DNA of 64,000 bases from Candidatus Saccharimonadia bacterium (GCA_963717365.1 OY970327.1:863752-927751); one strand, 5' to 3'; counted from the first letter of the stretch, positions 53,363 to 61,877 are shown. Notes: generated by a model not told the origin, from the sequence alone. Numbers and translations are program-made.

Positions 53363-53959
53363 ATGCAAACTTTCATTGTTGAACAGAAAATTACGGCACT
53401 AGCCAATCAGTACCGGGTGTTTGCCGGCGGCCAAAACGGCGAAAAAGGCGAGCTAGTCTCTTTTGCGCATCAGAAACGTTTTGCGTTTAAAGAACAGGTT
53501 GAGTTCTTTGCTGACGAGTCTAAGTCTACTCTGGCTTTTAGGGTCAAAGCAGAGAAGACCTTAGATGTTCATGGAAAATTTATTGTCACTGACCCTCCGG
53601 GTAACCGCATTGGCGCGGTTCGAAAAGCGTTTAAATCTTCGTTGCTGCGGAGCACGTGGGAGGTTCTTGATTCTCAAGATGAGGTTCAGGTGATTATACG
53701 GGAGCGCAGCCAAGCTATGGCCATTTTCCGGCGTATATGGGGGCTTATACCCTATTTAGGGGATATCCCGTTTCTATTTAAGTATCACTTTGACTTCATC
53801 AAACCAAGTGCCCAAGAGGTAGTGGGTGCCTACTATAAAATGACTCGCTTCCGGGATAATTACCGGCTTGAGATTACTGACGATAGTTTAGCTGAAAAAG
53901 TTGGCTGGCAAACGTTAGTAGCCCAGGCAGTTCTTTTAGATGCTCTTCAGGGAAGATAA
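53363..53959 (+). CDS. LURP-one-related / YxjI (tubby C-terminal-like) family protein
   Basis: FIVEQKITALANQYRVF...FAFKEQVEFFADESKSTLAFRVKAEK...GKFIVTDPPGNRIGAVRK repeating beta-hairpin pattern. Confidence 0.55.
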   Translation: MQTFIVEQKITALANQYRVFAGGQNGEKGELVSFAHQKRFAFKEQVEFFADESKSTLAFRVKAEKTLDVHGKFIVTDPPGNRIGAVRKAFKSSLLRSTWEVLDSQDEVQVIIRERSQAMAIFRRIWGLIPYLGDIPFLFKYHFDFIKPSAQEVVGAYYKMTRFRDNYRLEITDDSLAEKVGWQTLVAQAVLLDALQGR

Positions 53960-53967
53960 GTGTAACT

Positions 53968-54336
53968 CTAAATACTCTTGTCCGGGGTTATGTTATCGTC
54001 CATGGTTTTATGAGTAATAAATGTTGCAACTAGGTAGTAGCCGTCTATTCTAGTCTTGAGCGGCACGATATCACCATCAAAGACTATCTTCATTTGGTTC
54101 TCGGGTACACAAAGCTCATTGATTTGCTCATCGGTAAGCTGCCCGTCAAAATTTTCTGGCGGATCACATTTATACACTGTTGTGATAATATCCTCCTCGT
54201 CACATTCCACCACGGCGATTTTACCAATTTTGCCTCCGGTAACTTCAAGGTCAACAACGTAGCTTTGGCATGCCAGCAGCTCTACCAGCGGACGTTCGTT
54301 CTCATGGGGCACTTGCTGTGTAATAAATGTGGGCAT
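53968..54336 (-). CDS. hypothetical protein
   Basis: 122-aa ORF, tightly spaced (14 nt) behind the 54351 ORF. Confidence 0.5.
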   Translation of the reverse strand: MPTFITQQVPHENERPLVELLACQSYVVDLEVTGGKIGKIAVVECDEEDIITTVYKCDPPENFDGQLTDEQINELCVPENQMKIVFDGDIVPLKTRIDGYYLVATFITHKTMDDNITPDKSI

Positions 54337-54350
54337 AGTATTATGTCTTC

Positions 54351-54959
54351 TTATGATTTGGGGTTAATTATTGTCATGTTTACGTTTTGCATGGGCGGAT
54401 CGGTCGTAAAATCCATGGCCAGCACCGCATAATGACCCATTGGCGACTGGTCGGTCTTTATGGCTATTATGCCGCGTTCATTTCCATCTACAAATTCACC
54501 GCTGATAGTTCTGGGTATATTGGGATACAAAAACTTGGGCGTCAAATGATCGAAATATCCGTACACGCCATTGACGGGCTTAAAGTCCACAACGGTGAAG
54601 CTTAGTGATTTGCCAGCCAGCAGAAGATTTGCGTGCATTGTTTGAAATTTTCTATAAACACCCTCCAAATCTCTCCTTAGTGCAAGTTGTAATTCAGTTT
54701 CGCCAAGGGAATAGTGGGCCTCGAGGATATCCGGCCCGACTTCAAAGCCCTCTATGGCAATGCGGGATATATCTTTAATGTGTTTTTTCCTTTGCCTACG
54801 AATCAACTTGCGTTCAATAGCCGCCTCAATTGTTTGCTGGTCCCATAATAAGCTAGTCTGCTGGCTTAAAGCTTTGGTAGCCTGGTGCGTCTCACGATAA
54901 ATATCAAATACTTGTGCCTCGGTAGACTGCTGCATTTCAGGTGTTTGAACAGTATTCAT
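54351..54959 (-). CDS. hypothetical protein
   Basis: 202-aa ORF; no motif recognised. Confidence 0.55.
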   Translation of the reverse strand: MNTVQTPEMQQSTEAQVFDIYRETHQATKALSQQTSLLWDQQTIEAAIERKLIRRQRKKHIKDISRIAIEGFEVGPDILEAHYSLGETELQLALRRDLEGVYRKFQTMHANLLLAGKSLSFTVVDFKPVNGVYGYFDHLTPKFLYPNIPRTISGEFVDGNERGIIAIKTDQSPMGHYAVLAMDFTTDPPMQNVNMTIINPKS

Positions 54960-55033
54960 GGGTTCCTTTTAATAAAATGATGCACCAACCTATTATAATT
55001 TGCAAGCACTAGTAATTTAGATTGGAGCTAGAA

Positions 55034-55069
55034 CCTAAAAGCGAACGCGGCCGCGTCAATCTTGGCCGG
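55034..55069. repeat. direct repeat copy A (duplicate of the comFC 3' end)
   Basis: gcgaacGcggccgcgtcaatcttggccgg at 55041-55069 matches 55491-55519 at 28 of 29 positions. Confidence 0.9.
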
Positions 55070-55082
55070 GCCGGTAACAGTT

Positions 55083-55445
55083 TTAATGCGCAACGATTAC
55101 AGCGATACTCGCAAGCAGGGCCGGCATGCCCTGGATAATCATGATCCGTTTGCTGACTACTACCCCGGCAGTTATAGCGGCGACCATGACGCATATAAGA
55201 AAAAATAACTTGGCTTGAAAGCTTGCAGGCTCATCAAGAGTTAGAGACCAAATAAGCCCGGCGGATAGAAAAAGATTGTAAACACCCTGGTTCATAGCGA
55301 GCGGCTGGGTGATTTCGGCCGTTTTGGGCGTGGTACCAAACACATTCATAGCCCGGGGTGTCTTCCAGAGTAGGCTCTCTAAAACAAAAACTTGGACGTG
55401 GAACAGGGCTATAAACACAATAAGGACGAGGGCAATACTATCCAT
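55083..55445 (-). CDS. DUF1304 family membrane protein
   Basis: ALFHVQVFVLESLLW ... AMNQGVYNLFLSAGLIW motifs. Confidence 0.75.
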   Translation of the reverse strand: MDSIALVLIVFIALFHVQVFVLESLLWKTPRAMNVFGTTPKTAEITQPLAMNQGVYNLFLSAGLIWSLTLDEPASFQAKLFFLICVMVAAITAGVVVSKRIMIIQGMPALLASIAVIVAH

Positions 55446-55477
55446 ATGTCTACTTTACTAATAATGCCGGTTTTCTC

Positions 55478-56152
55478 CTACGCCTTAAAGGCGAACACGG
55501 CCGCGTCAATCTTGGCCGGCTGATAGGTAGAGAGTGCCCAAGCGGCCGTTTGGAGGGTAGCGCCAGTCGTTAGTACATCATCTATGACCAGCAGGTGCTG
55601 GCCGCGCAACTGGTTGCCGTTACGAACCTTAAAGGCGTTTTCCAGCTGGGCAAAACGCTCTGTGCGGCTGGCGCCCACCTGGCGGGTATTTTTAACCCTC
55701 CAGAGGGTTTGTAAGTACGTATAGCGACGGCGGGCGGCAAACTGGCGCGATATTAGCTGGGCTTGGTCGTAACCGCGCAGGCGGACGCGATTAGCAACCG
55801 TTGGCACTGTAGTCACAATAATATCGGGGGGAAGAGGTGGCAGCTGCTGGTTCAGCCATTCGGCGATAACGTATGCGGCAGCTTTAGTTCGTTGGAATTT
55901 AAGCAGCGACACAAGCTGCCGGGCTATTCCGGTATATTCCGCGCCGATCCAAAGATTGCCTATTGGGGTGCTGGTGCTGCATCCAGCGCAAGTAGCAAAA
56001 TCTGGAGATGACTGGCCGCATTTATAGCAACGAGCAGGGGGCGGTATTATTTTTAACTTTGCGCAAGGTGAGCATAATGGAGAGTCTTCCCGTTTGCAGG
56101 CAAGACAGGTATGCGGTGCCAGCAGGGCAATGCTACGCTCTATAATGTTCAT
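55478..56152 (-). CDS. comFC: ComF family protein (ComFC-type phosphoribosyltransferase)
   Basis: N-terminal Cys clusters CLACKRE..CSPC / CYKCG..CAGC; PRT motif LLVIDDVLTTGATL. Confidence 0.85.
   Translation of the reverse strand: MNIIERSIALLAPHTCLACKREDSPLCSPCAKLKIIPPPARCYKCGQSSPDFATCAGCSTSTPIGNLWIGAEYTGIARQLVSLLKFQRTKAAAYVIAEWLNQQLPPLPPDIIVTTVPTVANRVRLRGYDQAQLISRQFAARRRYTYLQTLWRVKNTRQVGASRTERFAQLENAFKVRNGNQLRGQHLLVIDDVLTTGATLQTAAWALSTYQPAKIDAAVFAFKA
55483..55519. repeat. direct repeat copy B (authentic 3' coding end of comFC)
   Basis: gcgaacAcggccgcgtcaatcttggccgg at 55491-55519 encodes ...PAKIDAAVFAFKA-stop on the minus strand. Confidence 0.9.
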
Positions 56153-56348
56153 TCCGCTAGTGTAATCGATTATTGTTACCGCATTATTAACAGGTTGTAG
56201 TAATTATTGTGTTGTAAATAAGTAATGTATGAGCTTGCACCTTGTTATGCATAAGTTATACTGCTTATAAGATAAAAACGCAATCTGCAGCCAGCAACAC
56301 TCTGACTCTAACAAAACAATCTAACAAAATTACCTGGAGGGTACCAGT

Positions 56349-56849
56349 ATGGCGCGACGGAATCGCGATGAAGATCTATTGATGGAAGACGAACTTACCG
56401 CCGCTTTCTTGGGTGACGATGAATTTAATTCGACAGATGATCAACCGCAGACAAATGATGACAGCACAGGGACAGCCGCGCAAGGACAAGCGACAGCAGA
56501 CGAATGGGATGAAGAAGACGCTGTTCCCGGACAACTTGCCGTTGATGTATACGAAACTCGTGAACGCCTTGTTGTAAAAGCTCGCACCGCTGGTGTGAAC
56601 AAGCCTGATCTTGATGTCAGCATCTCTGATAACACACTAAGTATCCGCGGTACACTGAGCGCTGGCAACGAAGAAGACGTTGAGAACTATTTTGTACAAG
56701 AATGTTATTGGGGTGAATTTAGCCGCAGTATCGCCTTGCCGGTTCCTGTCAAAGAAGACGAGATCGAAGCCGTCCTCAAAGATGGTGTCCTGACCGTAAG
56801 TTTTACCAAAGTGAAACAAGACACCGTGAAAAAGATCCAGGTACTTTAA
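56349..56849 (+). CDS. Hsp20/alpha-crystallin family small heat-shock protein (second copy, acidic N-terminus)
   Basis: ggaggg SD; LAVDVYETRERLVVKARTAGVNKPDLDVSISDNTLSIRG...FSRSIALPVPV...AVLKDGVLTVSF. Confidence 0.9.
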   Translation: MARRNRDEDLLMEDELTAAFLGDDEFNSTDDQPQTNDDSTGTAAQGQATADEWDEEDAVPGQLAVDVYETRERLVVKARTAGVNKPDLDVSISDNTLSIRGTLSAGNEEDVENYFVQECYWGEFSRSIALPVPVKEDEIEAVLKDGVLTVSFTKVKQDTVKKIQVL

Positions 56850-56877
56850 AGAGAAGCTGCATTATAGCGTTTACTAG

Positions 56878-56905
56878 CCAGCCCATGCCCTGTGGGCTGG
56901 TTTTT
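56878..56905 (+). terminator. rho-independent terminator after hsp20-2
   Basis: CCAGCCCA (56878-85) / TGGGCTGG (56893-900) followed by TTTTT. Confidence 0.8.
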
Positions 56906-57010
56906 AATTGAAGTCAAATATATAAGCACCAGTAATGTACCTGTAAGCGTATGTTTAAGTGATAAACGAAATGTATTACTTTGAAAAGTCTCTCAAAGAA
57001 GAGACTGGGA

Positions 57011-57061
57011 ATTGTAATTTAAAAACCCTCTCGGATGTCCGGAGGGTTTTTAAATTACAAT
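57011..57061. terminator. 51-nt extended palindrome, bidirectional terminator candidate at the end of the pilin operon
   Basis: attgtaatttaaaaaccctc tcggatgtccg gagggtttttaaattacaat: GC core stem flanked by A5/T5 and further complementary AT arms. Confidence 0.65.
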
Positions 57062-57076
57062 CTATTACTGTATTAC

Positions 57077-57547
57077 TTAAGATGTAGTTACGTCTGCTGA
57101 TTTGCCAAGGACAAAGCGGACGATGAACTGCGCAAGGGCAACGATGACAAGACCTATAATAGCGTACAGGATAGTGTTTTTGGCACCGGTGACATTACCA
57201 CTGTCACCACCGGAGGTGATGTACTTGAATCCACCGTATACGATCATAATGACCGCGATGATACCAACGATTAAGGAGAACAAGTTAACAATTGTTCTTA
57301 CGATAGTATTAAAACGTGTGTTGGTGTTAGCAGCTGTGGCAGCACAGGCAGCAGTACCTGTTCCGACTGTATCAACTTCGTTTGGTATATCAAGTTTACT
57401 ACTTGAGTGACATACGGCTTCGCTTACTCCACCAGCACCGGTCCCGGTAGCGTCACCAGAAAACTGCGCGCTTGCCGTTGCAGGCACTAGGAATAGCAGC
57501 CCGCCGAACACAGTAACGGCTAGTGCGGCAAATATATTTTTTAACAT
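57077..57547 (-). CDS. T4SS pilin-like protein (VirB2/TrbC-type), paralog 1
   Basis: Signal peptide MLKNIFAALAVTVFGGLLFLVPATASA; 2 Cys; conserved C-terminal hairpin LIVGIIAVIMIVYGGFKYITSGGDSGNVTGAKNTILYAIIGLVIVALAQFIVRFVLGK. Confidence 0.75.
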   Translation of the reverse strand: MLKNIFAALAVTVFGGLLFLVPATASAQFSGDATGTGAGGVSEAVCHSSSKLDIPNEVDTVGTGTAACAATAANTNTRFNTIVRTIVNLFSLIVGIIAVIMIVYGGFKYITSGGDSGNVTGAKNTILYAIIGLVIVALAQFIVRFVLGKSADVTTS

Positions 57548-57655
57548 TTTGATTATAAACCTTTCTTAATATTCTTTTTATTTTACACTATGTCTGAATA
57601 ATACATCAATATGCTTATGATTACTACTATTTTACGGGTTAGGGGTAGGAGGAGC

Positions 57656-58075
57656 TCAGGTAGGAACATCAACTGCCTTACCAAGGACAAAGCGGACGAT
57701 GAACTGCGCAAGGGCAACAATTATTAATCCTATCAAGGCATAGGTAATGGTAGTTTTGGCAGAAGTGATCTTACCAGAATCTCCACCAGAGGTAATATAC
57801 TTGAAACCTCCTATCACAATAAAGACAACGGCCACAATACCGGTGATAAGGCTTATAAGGTTAACAACATTTGCTATCAGCTTATTAACAGCTGTGGTAG
57901 GCCCGGTAGAATCTGCTCCGGCGCAACTTGGAGCAGCGTCCAGGTCTACTTCGGCGCCGGCACAGGTATTGGAGCGAGTGTCTTGTGCCGTTACTAAATT
58001 ACCGCTAAAAACCATCGAGAGACTAAGAACTGACACGAATGCAAAAGCGGCCAGAATAAAAGTACGTTTTATCAT
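57656..58075 (-). CDS. T4SS pilin-like protein, paralog 2
   Basis: Signal peptide; Cys pair NTCAGAEVDLDAAPSC; ITGIVAVVFIVIGGFKYITSGGDSGKITSAKTTITYALIGLIIVALAQFIVRFVLGK. Confidence 0.75.
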   Translation of the reverse strand: MIKRTFILAAFAFVSVLSLSMVFSGNLVTAQDTRSNTCAGAEVDLDAAPSCAGADSTGPTTAVNKLIANVVNLISLITGIVAVVFIVIGGFKYITSGGDSGKITSAKTTITYALIGLIIVALAQFIVRFVLGKAVDVPT

Positions 58076-58476
58076 GTGGCTTTCCCAATCACGAACCGGA
58101 CAAATACTTGGGCGAGGGCAACTACAATTAAGCCAACTGCCGCGTAAATAATGCCATTCCTGGCCGAGGTGATGGCGTTGGAGTCACCGGCAGAAGTTAT
58201 AAACTTAAATCCGTTTACGATAATCATGACCACAGCCACAATACCAACGACTAAGGACAATACGTTGATGACATTCTTAATTGTGTTTTCCAGGGTACCG
58301 GCGGCTTCTTTCTCTTTACAGTTCGCGTTGGTGCCATCGAGGTTAGCGCCTTTACAGGCTGCTCCTTTGGAACCTTCAAAAATCGCTGCCGCAGGATCAG
58401 CAAAGCTGAGCACGGCAAAAAGTCCGACCAGAACGGAAATTATTAAGCTAGTTTTCTTCAGAGATAGTGTCTGCAT
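58072..58476 (-). CDS. T4SS pilin-like protein, paralog 3
   Basis: Signal peptide; Cys pair ACKGANLDGTNANC; VVGIVAVVMIIVNGFKFITSAGDSNAITSARNGIIYAAVGLIVVALAQVFVRFVIGK; 4-nt overlap with paralog 2. Confidence 0.75.
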   Translation of the reverse strand: MQTLSLKKTSLIISVLVGLFAVLSFADPAAAIFEGSKGAACKGANLDGTNANCKEKEAAGTLENTIKNVINVLSLVVGIVAVVMIIVNGFKFITSAGDSNAITSARNGIIYAAVGLIVVALAQVFVRFVIGKAT

Positions 58477-58478
58477 TT

Positions 58479-58880
58479 TTATATAAATCCTACTTTTCCT
58501 ATTATAAACCTTACGAGGACTTGCGCCAGTGCCGCAATTATTAACCCGACAAAAGCATAGAGAATTCGCTCACGCGCCTGAGTCACATCTTGCGGATTAC
58601 TACCAGAGGAAATGTATTTGAGCCCGGCCAATATGATGATGATAACCGCAACGATACCAGTGATGACTGATAACAGGTTTATGACAGTGGTAAGTATACC
58701 TTTTGGCCCAAAGATTGGGTTTTCAGCATCTGCTGCAGGGTTATTGTCTACGCAGATAGAAGAACTTGCCGTCCTACCTGTGCAATTTTTTCCAATGACA
58801 TCCACCGCGCTTACCGAAGCAGGAATGGTCAGCAGGGGAATGGCTAAAAGCGATACAAGTAAAAGATAGCGTTTTAACAT
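58479..58880 (-). CDS. T4SS pilin-like protein, paralog 4
   Basis: Signal peptide; Cys pair NCTGRTASSSIC; ITGIVAVIIIILAGLKYISSGSNPQDVTQARERILYAFVGLIIAALAQVLVRFIIGK. Confidence 0.75.
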   Translation of the reverse strand: MLKRYLLLVSLLAIPLLTIPASVSAVDVIGKNCTGRTASSSICVDNNPAADAENPIFGPKGILTTVINLLSVITGIVAVIIIILAGLKYISSGSNPQDVTQARERILYAFVGLIIAALAQVLVRFIIGKVGFI

Positions 58881-58882
58881 AG

Positions 58883-59215
58883 TTAAAGCCTTCCCACCAC
58901 GGTAAGCACTATAACCTCGGCGCTGAGCGAAACCATTAAGCCAATCAAGGCGTAGATAATAGTCTTTTTGGCTTTTGATATAGCTTCGGGGTTACCTTCG
59001 GCCGTGACGTAGCTGATAGCCCCTAGAATGATTACCAGTACGGTTATGGCAGCTATGGCACCGAATAGAATGGCAAGACCTTTCTGTAATTCCGCTTCAT
59101 TGGCTGCTACCTTTGGTATCCCACTGAGACAATTTGTGCCGGTTTCTTCGCCGGTACAGTTTTTACGCTGCTCAACTTTTGTTTGGGCAAATGTGTATAG
59201 TAATGATTTGATCAT
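58883..59215 (-). CDS. T4SS pilin-like protein, paralog 5 (shortest, weak signal peptide)
   Basis: Cys pair NCTGEETGTNC; LFGAIAAITVLVIILGAISYVTAEGNPEAISKAKKTIIYALIGLMVSLSAEVIVLTVVGR. Confidence 0.7.
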   Translation of the reverse strand: MIKSLLYTFAQTKVEQRKNCTGEETGTNCLSGIPKVAANEAELQKGLAILFGAIAAITVLVIILGAISYVTAEGNPEAISKAKKTIIYALIGLMVSLSAEVIVLTVVGRL

Positions 59216-59970
59216 CCTTGGAACCTTCCTGCAATAAAGCTTATAACGGTTGTGGCAATAATAGCCAATAGCATTCCTATAAGTGCATCCACCACAGTAT
59301 TCTTGGCTTTGCCGGTTTTTTCTGGGTTGCCCTGAGAGGTCGTGTATTTAACTCCACCAATAATAACGAAGGCAATCGCGACTAAAATTGCTAGCCGCAA
59401 CAATATTTCACCCACCGCTAACACAATTAACCAGATGTCACTCAGCCCGCTGAGTTGAGGGTTACAGTCTGTTCCGGGCTCTTTATCTAGGTATTTGTAC
59501 CAGGTAGGGAAGCCAAAGAAACTGCCGCGGCACGAGTCCGGAACAGCAGCACCTGCTCCTCCGGCGGCACCACCACCCGATCCACCGCCACCGCCGCCGC
59601 TTCCACCGCCGGCGGCACCACCACCGCCGCCCGCTGCTTCGGCAGCGGCTAGATCACCAACTACCTGGTTCTTGCCGAGCAGATAGCCAGTATTACAACT
59701 ACTTCTCTCGGCTGATGGCCGGCGGCCACAGACTTGATTTTGATTTTCGACTTTATAGCCGGCGCGATAACCAGCCCGGCAGGAGGCTTGCTGCGTTTCA
59801 TTAGCCCGCGTGCTACAGGCTCTTTCAGCAGCCGCCTGAAGCGCTTCGGTGTTTTTCACCTGCGCGTCAGCCGGCGGGGGCATAACAAGCGTAAGGCCCA
59901 GGATACTTATAAGCCCGATGATCAGCCAAAGAATATGCCGATGGATTAGTGATTTAGTCATGCGGCACAA
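59212..59970 (-). CDS. enlarged pilin-family protein, paralog 6 (6 Cys, Gly/Ala tract)
   Basis: N-terminal TM/signal; Cys-containing repeats; AAGGGGGAAGGGSGGGGGGSGGGAAGGAGAA tract; C-terminal hairpin VAIAFVIIGGVKYTTSQGNPEKTGKAKNTVVDALIGMLLAIIATTVISFIAGR. Confidence 0.7.
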   Translation of the reverse strand: MCRMTKSLIHRHILWLIIGLISILGLTLVMPPPADAQVKNTEALQAAAERACSTRANETQQASCRAGYRAGYKVENQNQVCGRRPSAERSSCNTGYLLGKNQVVGDLAAAEAAGGGGGAAGGGSGGGGGGSGGGAAGGAGAAVPDSCRGSFFGFPTWYKYLDKEPGTDCNPQLSGLSDIWLIVLAVGEILLRLAILVAIAFVIIGGVKYTTSQGNPEKTGKAKNTVVDALIGMLLAIIATTVISFIAGRFQG

Positions 59971-60757
59971 TACCCAAGCTGTGAATTATTAGGTCGGCTG
60001 TGAATAGTGTTCCGGCGAAAACTCCACCAGGTACCAGATATTGTAGCAACGAGAAAGAGACCAAGTACAAGAACAGGCCGACAATTACATTTTGAATCCG
60101 ACTTTTTGCAGCTTGGCTAGCCTCGGCGTTGCCCTCGGAGGCAGAATACTGAATACCTGAAATAATCATAGCCATCACTAACACAATGCCAATACCGTAA
60201 GAAAGAAAGCGGATGATGGCATAGGTCATATCCTCAATGGGGCCCATACCGGCTGGACCATTGTCGCCAATGCAACCAAAGTTAAAGCGTGTTGTTACTT
60301 GATCGCCAGCCGTAGCGTTACCGCATTTATGCCCTTCGGCAGAGGTGTTACTAGCAGCACGCGGAGATAGTAGCTTGTCGTTAGCGGGATCAACTGGATC
60401 GTCTGCGGGGTCTGCTGTTGGGTCTGCGGGGTTAGAGCCGGTCGAAGCGGGCGGGGCAATAGAATCACCTGGAGTGCTTCCGCCACCAGACGTGGCTGGT
60501 TTGTTTGTATACCTCGAAATTACTCTTCGTTCGCACTCTTCTTTATCGCTCTGAGAAGAAACACTCGTACACTCCTGTAGTACTTTGGCTTTACAGGCGT
60601 CTTTATTAATTTTTATGTCGCAAGTGGCCGACTGGCTGGCTTGCGCTCCAACTTGTGCCGGAACATTATTAGCAGCAATAACAATAAAGAAAGATGTGAG
60701 AGCCCACACTGCAATGAGCAGTATTTTTGCTGGCTTAGAAATTGAGAGATATGTCAT
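59954..60757 (-). CDS. enlarged pilin-family protein, paralog 7 (6 Cys, Pro/Asp-rich linker), first gene of the operon
   Basis: Signal/TM; CDIKINKDACKAKVLQECTS...EECERR; PADPTADPADDPVDPAND linker; C-terminal hairpin GIVLVMAMIISGIQYSASEGNAEASQAAKSRIQNVIVGLFLYLVSFSLLQYLV. Confidence 0.65.
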   Translation of the reverse strand: MTYLSISKPAKILLIAVWALTSFFIVIAANNVPAQVGAQASQSATCDIKINKDACKAKVLQECTSVSSQSDKEECERRVISRYTNKPATSGGGSTPGDSIAPPASTGSNPADPTADPADDPVDPANDKLLSPRAASNTSAEGHKCGNATAGDQVTTRFNFGCIGDNGPAGMGPIEDMTYAIIRFLSYGIGIVLVMAMIISGIQYSASEGNAEASQAAKSRIQNVIVGLFLYLVSFSLLQYLVPGGVFAGTLFTADLIIHSLGIVPHD

Positions 60758-60914
60758 GGATTTTGATTTTTAGCTTATTTAAGTCTAAGTATGCATCCAT
60801 TTTGGGTTTTTTTCAACAGAAAGCCTGTTTGGAGAGTCCAAAATCACTGCTCGACTTCTAGCCGCGTGTGTTTTATTATTAAGCGTAAGGAATATGTCTT
60901 AGAATTTAAAGATT

Positions 60915-61877
60915 ATGGTGATAAAGAAACAAAAGACCAAAAAATTTTATATTTTGCTCGTTGCGGCGGTCAGTTTTTTGTCAGTTTTTAGCATTTTGCT
61001 TCCATCACCACAACCTGTCTCGGCACAGGGTAGCGGTAACAACCTTTTGGCTAACATGGGTAAAAGTTGTAATAAGATGAAAAAAACAGGCAGTGAAGTG
61101 AGTGACGCCGATACGCTTTGGTATGGCTGCGAAAGAATACAAGATGCCCTCAAAGAAAAGTTTGGCTGTGACGGCGGAATGTTCTATTCGGTTGATAAGG
61201 CGACTGATCCGGATGACCCGAGTGTTACGCAGACGCTTTGGTATACTAACGCACAAAAATACAGTGCTTGCGTCGGGAAAGTACAAGCACAATTGAATCT
61301 TATAAAGTCTGCTGAGTGCGCATCTATGCGCCATAGTTCTTTTGATGATTCCATTGATAGCCCAGCATGGAAAAAGTGTGAAAAATCACAAAATAACCTA
61401 GCTGCGTTAATCGGATGCGACTCCGGTATGTTTGAAGAAATCCCGAACAAAGAAAATCTTTGGAGACCCATACCAGCCAAACTCACTAGCTGCCAAACAA
61501 AGATTGACACCGCAAAAAATACTAAGCTAACTGATTCTGATGGCAATGAAACTACAGCGGAAACGGCAGCTCCTCCGCCCGCCAGCGCCGGCGGAGGTTC
61601 GGGTAGTGGGTCTACAGATCCTGCAACGCCGGATTGCGATGCCACTAAAGGCGTGCCCCTGAGCTGGATCATCTGCCCGGTTATCGATTCTGGCGTTAAT
61701 ATGACAGACTACGCTTTTAATAAACTTATCCGGCCGTTACTAGAAGATATACCGGTTAGTATTAACCCTGATGACCCATCTTTTAAAGCCTGGAGCAGCT
61801 TCCGCATCCTAGGTAACGTGCTGCTGGTGGGAAGCTTATTAATGGTGGTTTATTCACAGGCAAGGGGGCCTAAATAA
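60915..61877 (+). CDS. secreted Cys-module repeat protein with C-terminal TM anchor (T4SS locus)
   Basis: Signal peptide FYILLVAAVSFLSVFSILLP; three modules of type (L/A)W..C(E/..)...L....(F/I)GCD(G/S)GMF; poly-Gly/Ser linker; C-terminal ILGNVLLVGSLLMVVY. Confidence 0.65.
   Translation: MVIKKQKTKKFYILLVAAVSFLSVFSILLPSPQPVSAQGSGNNLLANMGKSCNKMKKTGSEVSDADTLWYGCERIQDALKEKFGCDGGMFYSVDKATDPDDPSVTQTLWYTNAQKYSACVGKVQAQLNLIKSAECASMRHSSFDDSIDSPAWKKCEKSQNNLAALIGCDSGMFEEIPNKENLWRPIPAKLTSCQTKIDTAKNTKLTDSDGNETTAETAAPPPASAGGGSGSGSTDPATPDCDATKGVPLSWIICPVIDSGVNMTDYAFNKLIRPLLEDIPVSINPDDPSFKAWSSFRILGNVLLVGSLLMVVYSQARGPK

Noticed and set aside
55009-55194. 61-aa minus-strand ORF overlapping the DUF1304 3' end
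   Set aside because: It is in a different frame over the DUF1304 gene and the duplicated comFC fragment. Its Arg/Cys-rich composition suggests an artefact. The repeat itself is reported as a finding.
59495-59686. 63-aa plus-strand ORF encoding a poly-Pro/Ala stretch
   Set aside because: It is the antisense reading of the Gly/Ala tract of pilin paralog 6, so it is a low-complexity artefact.
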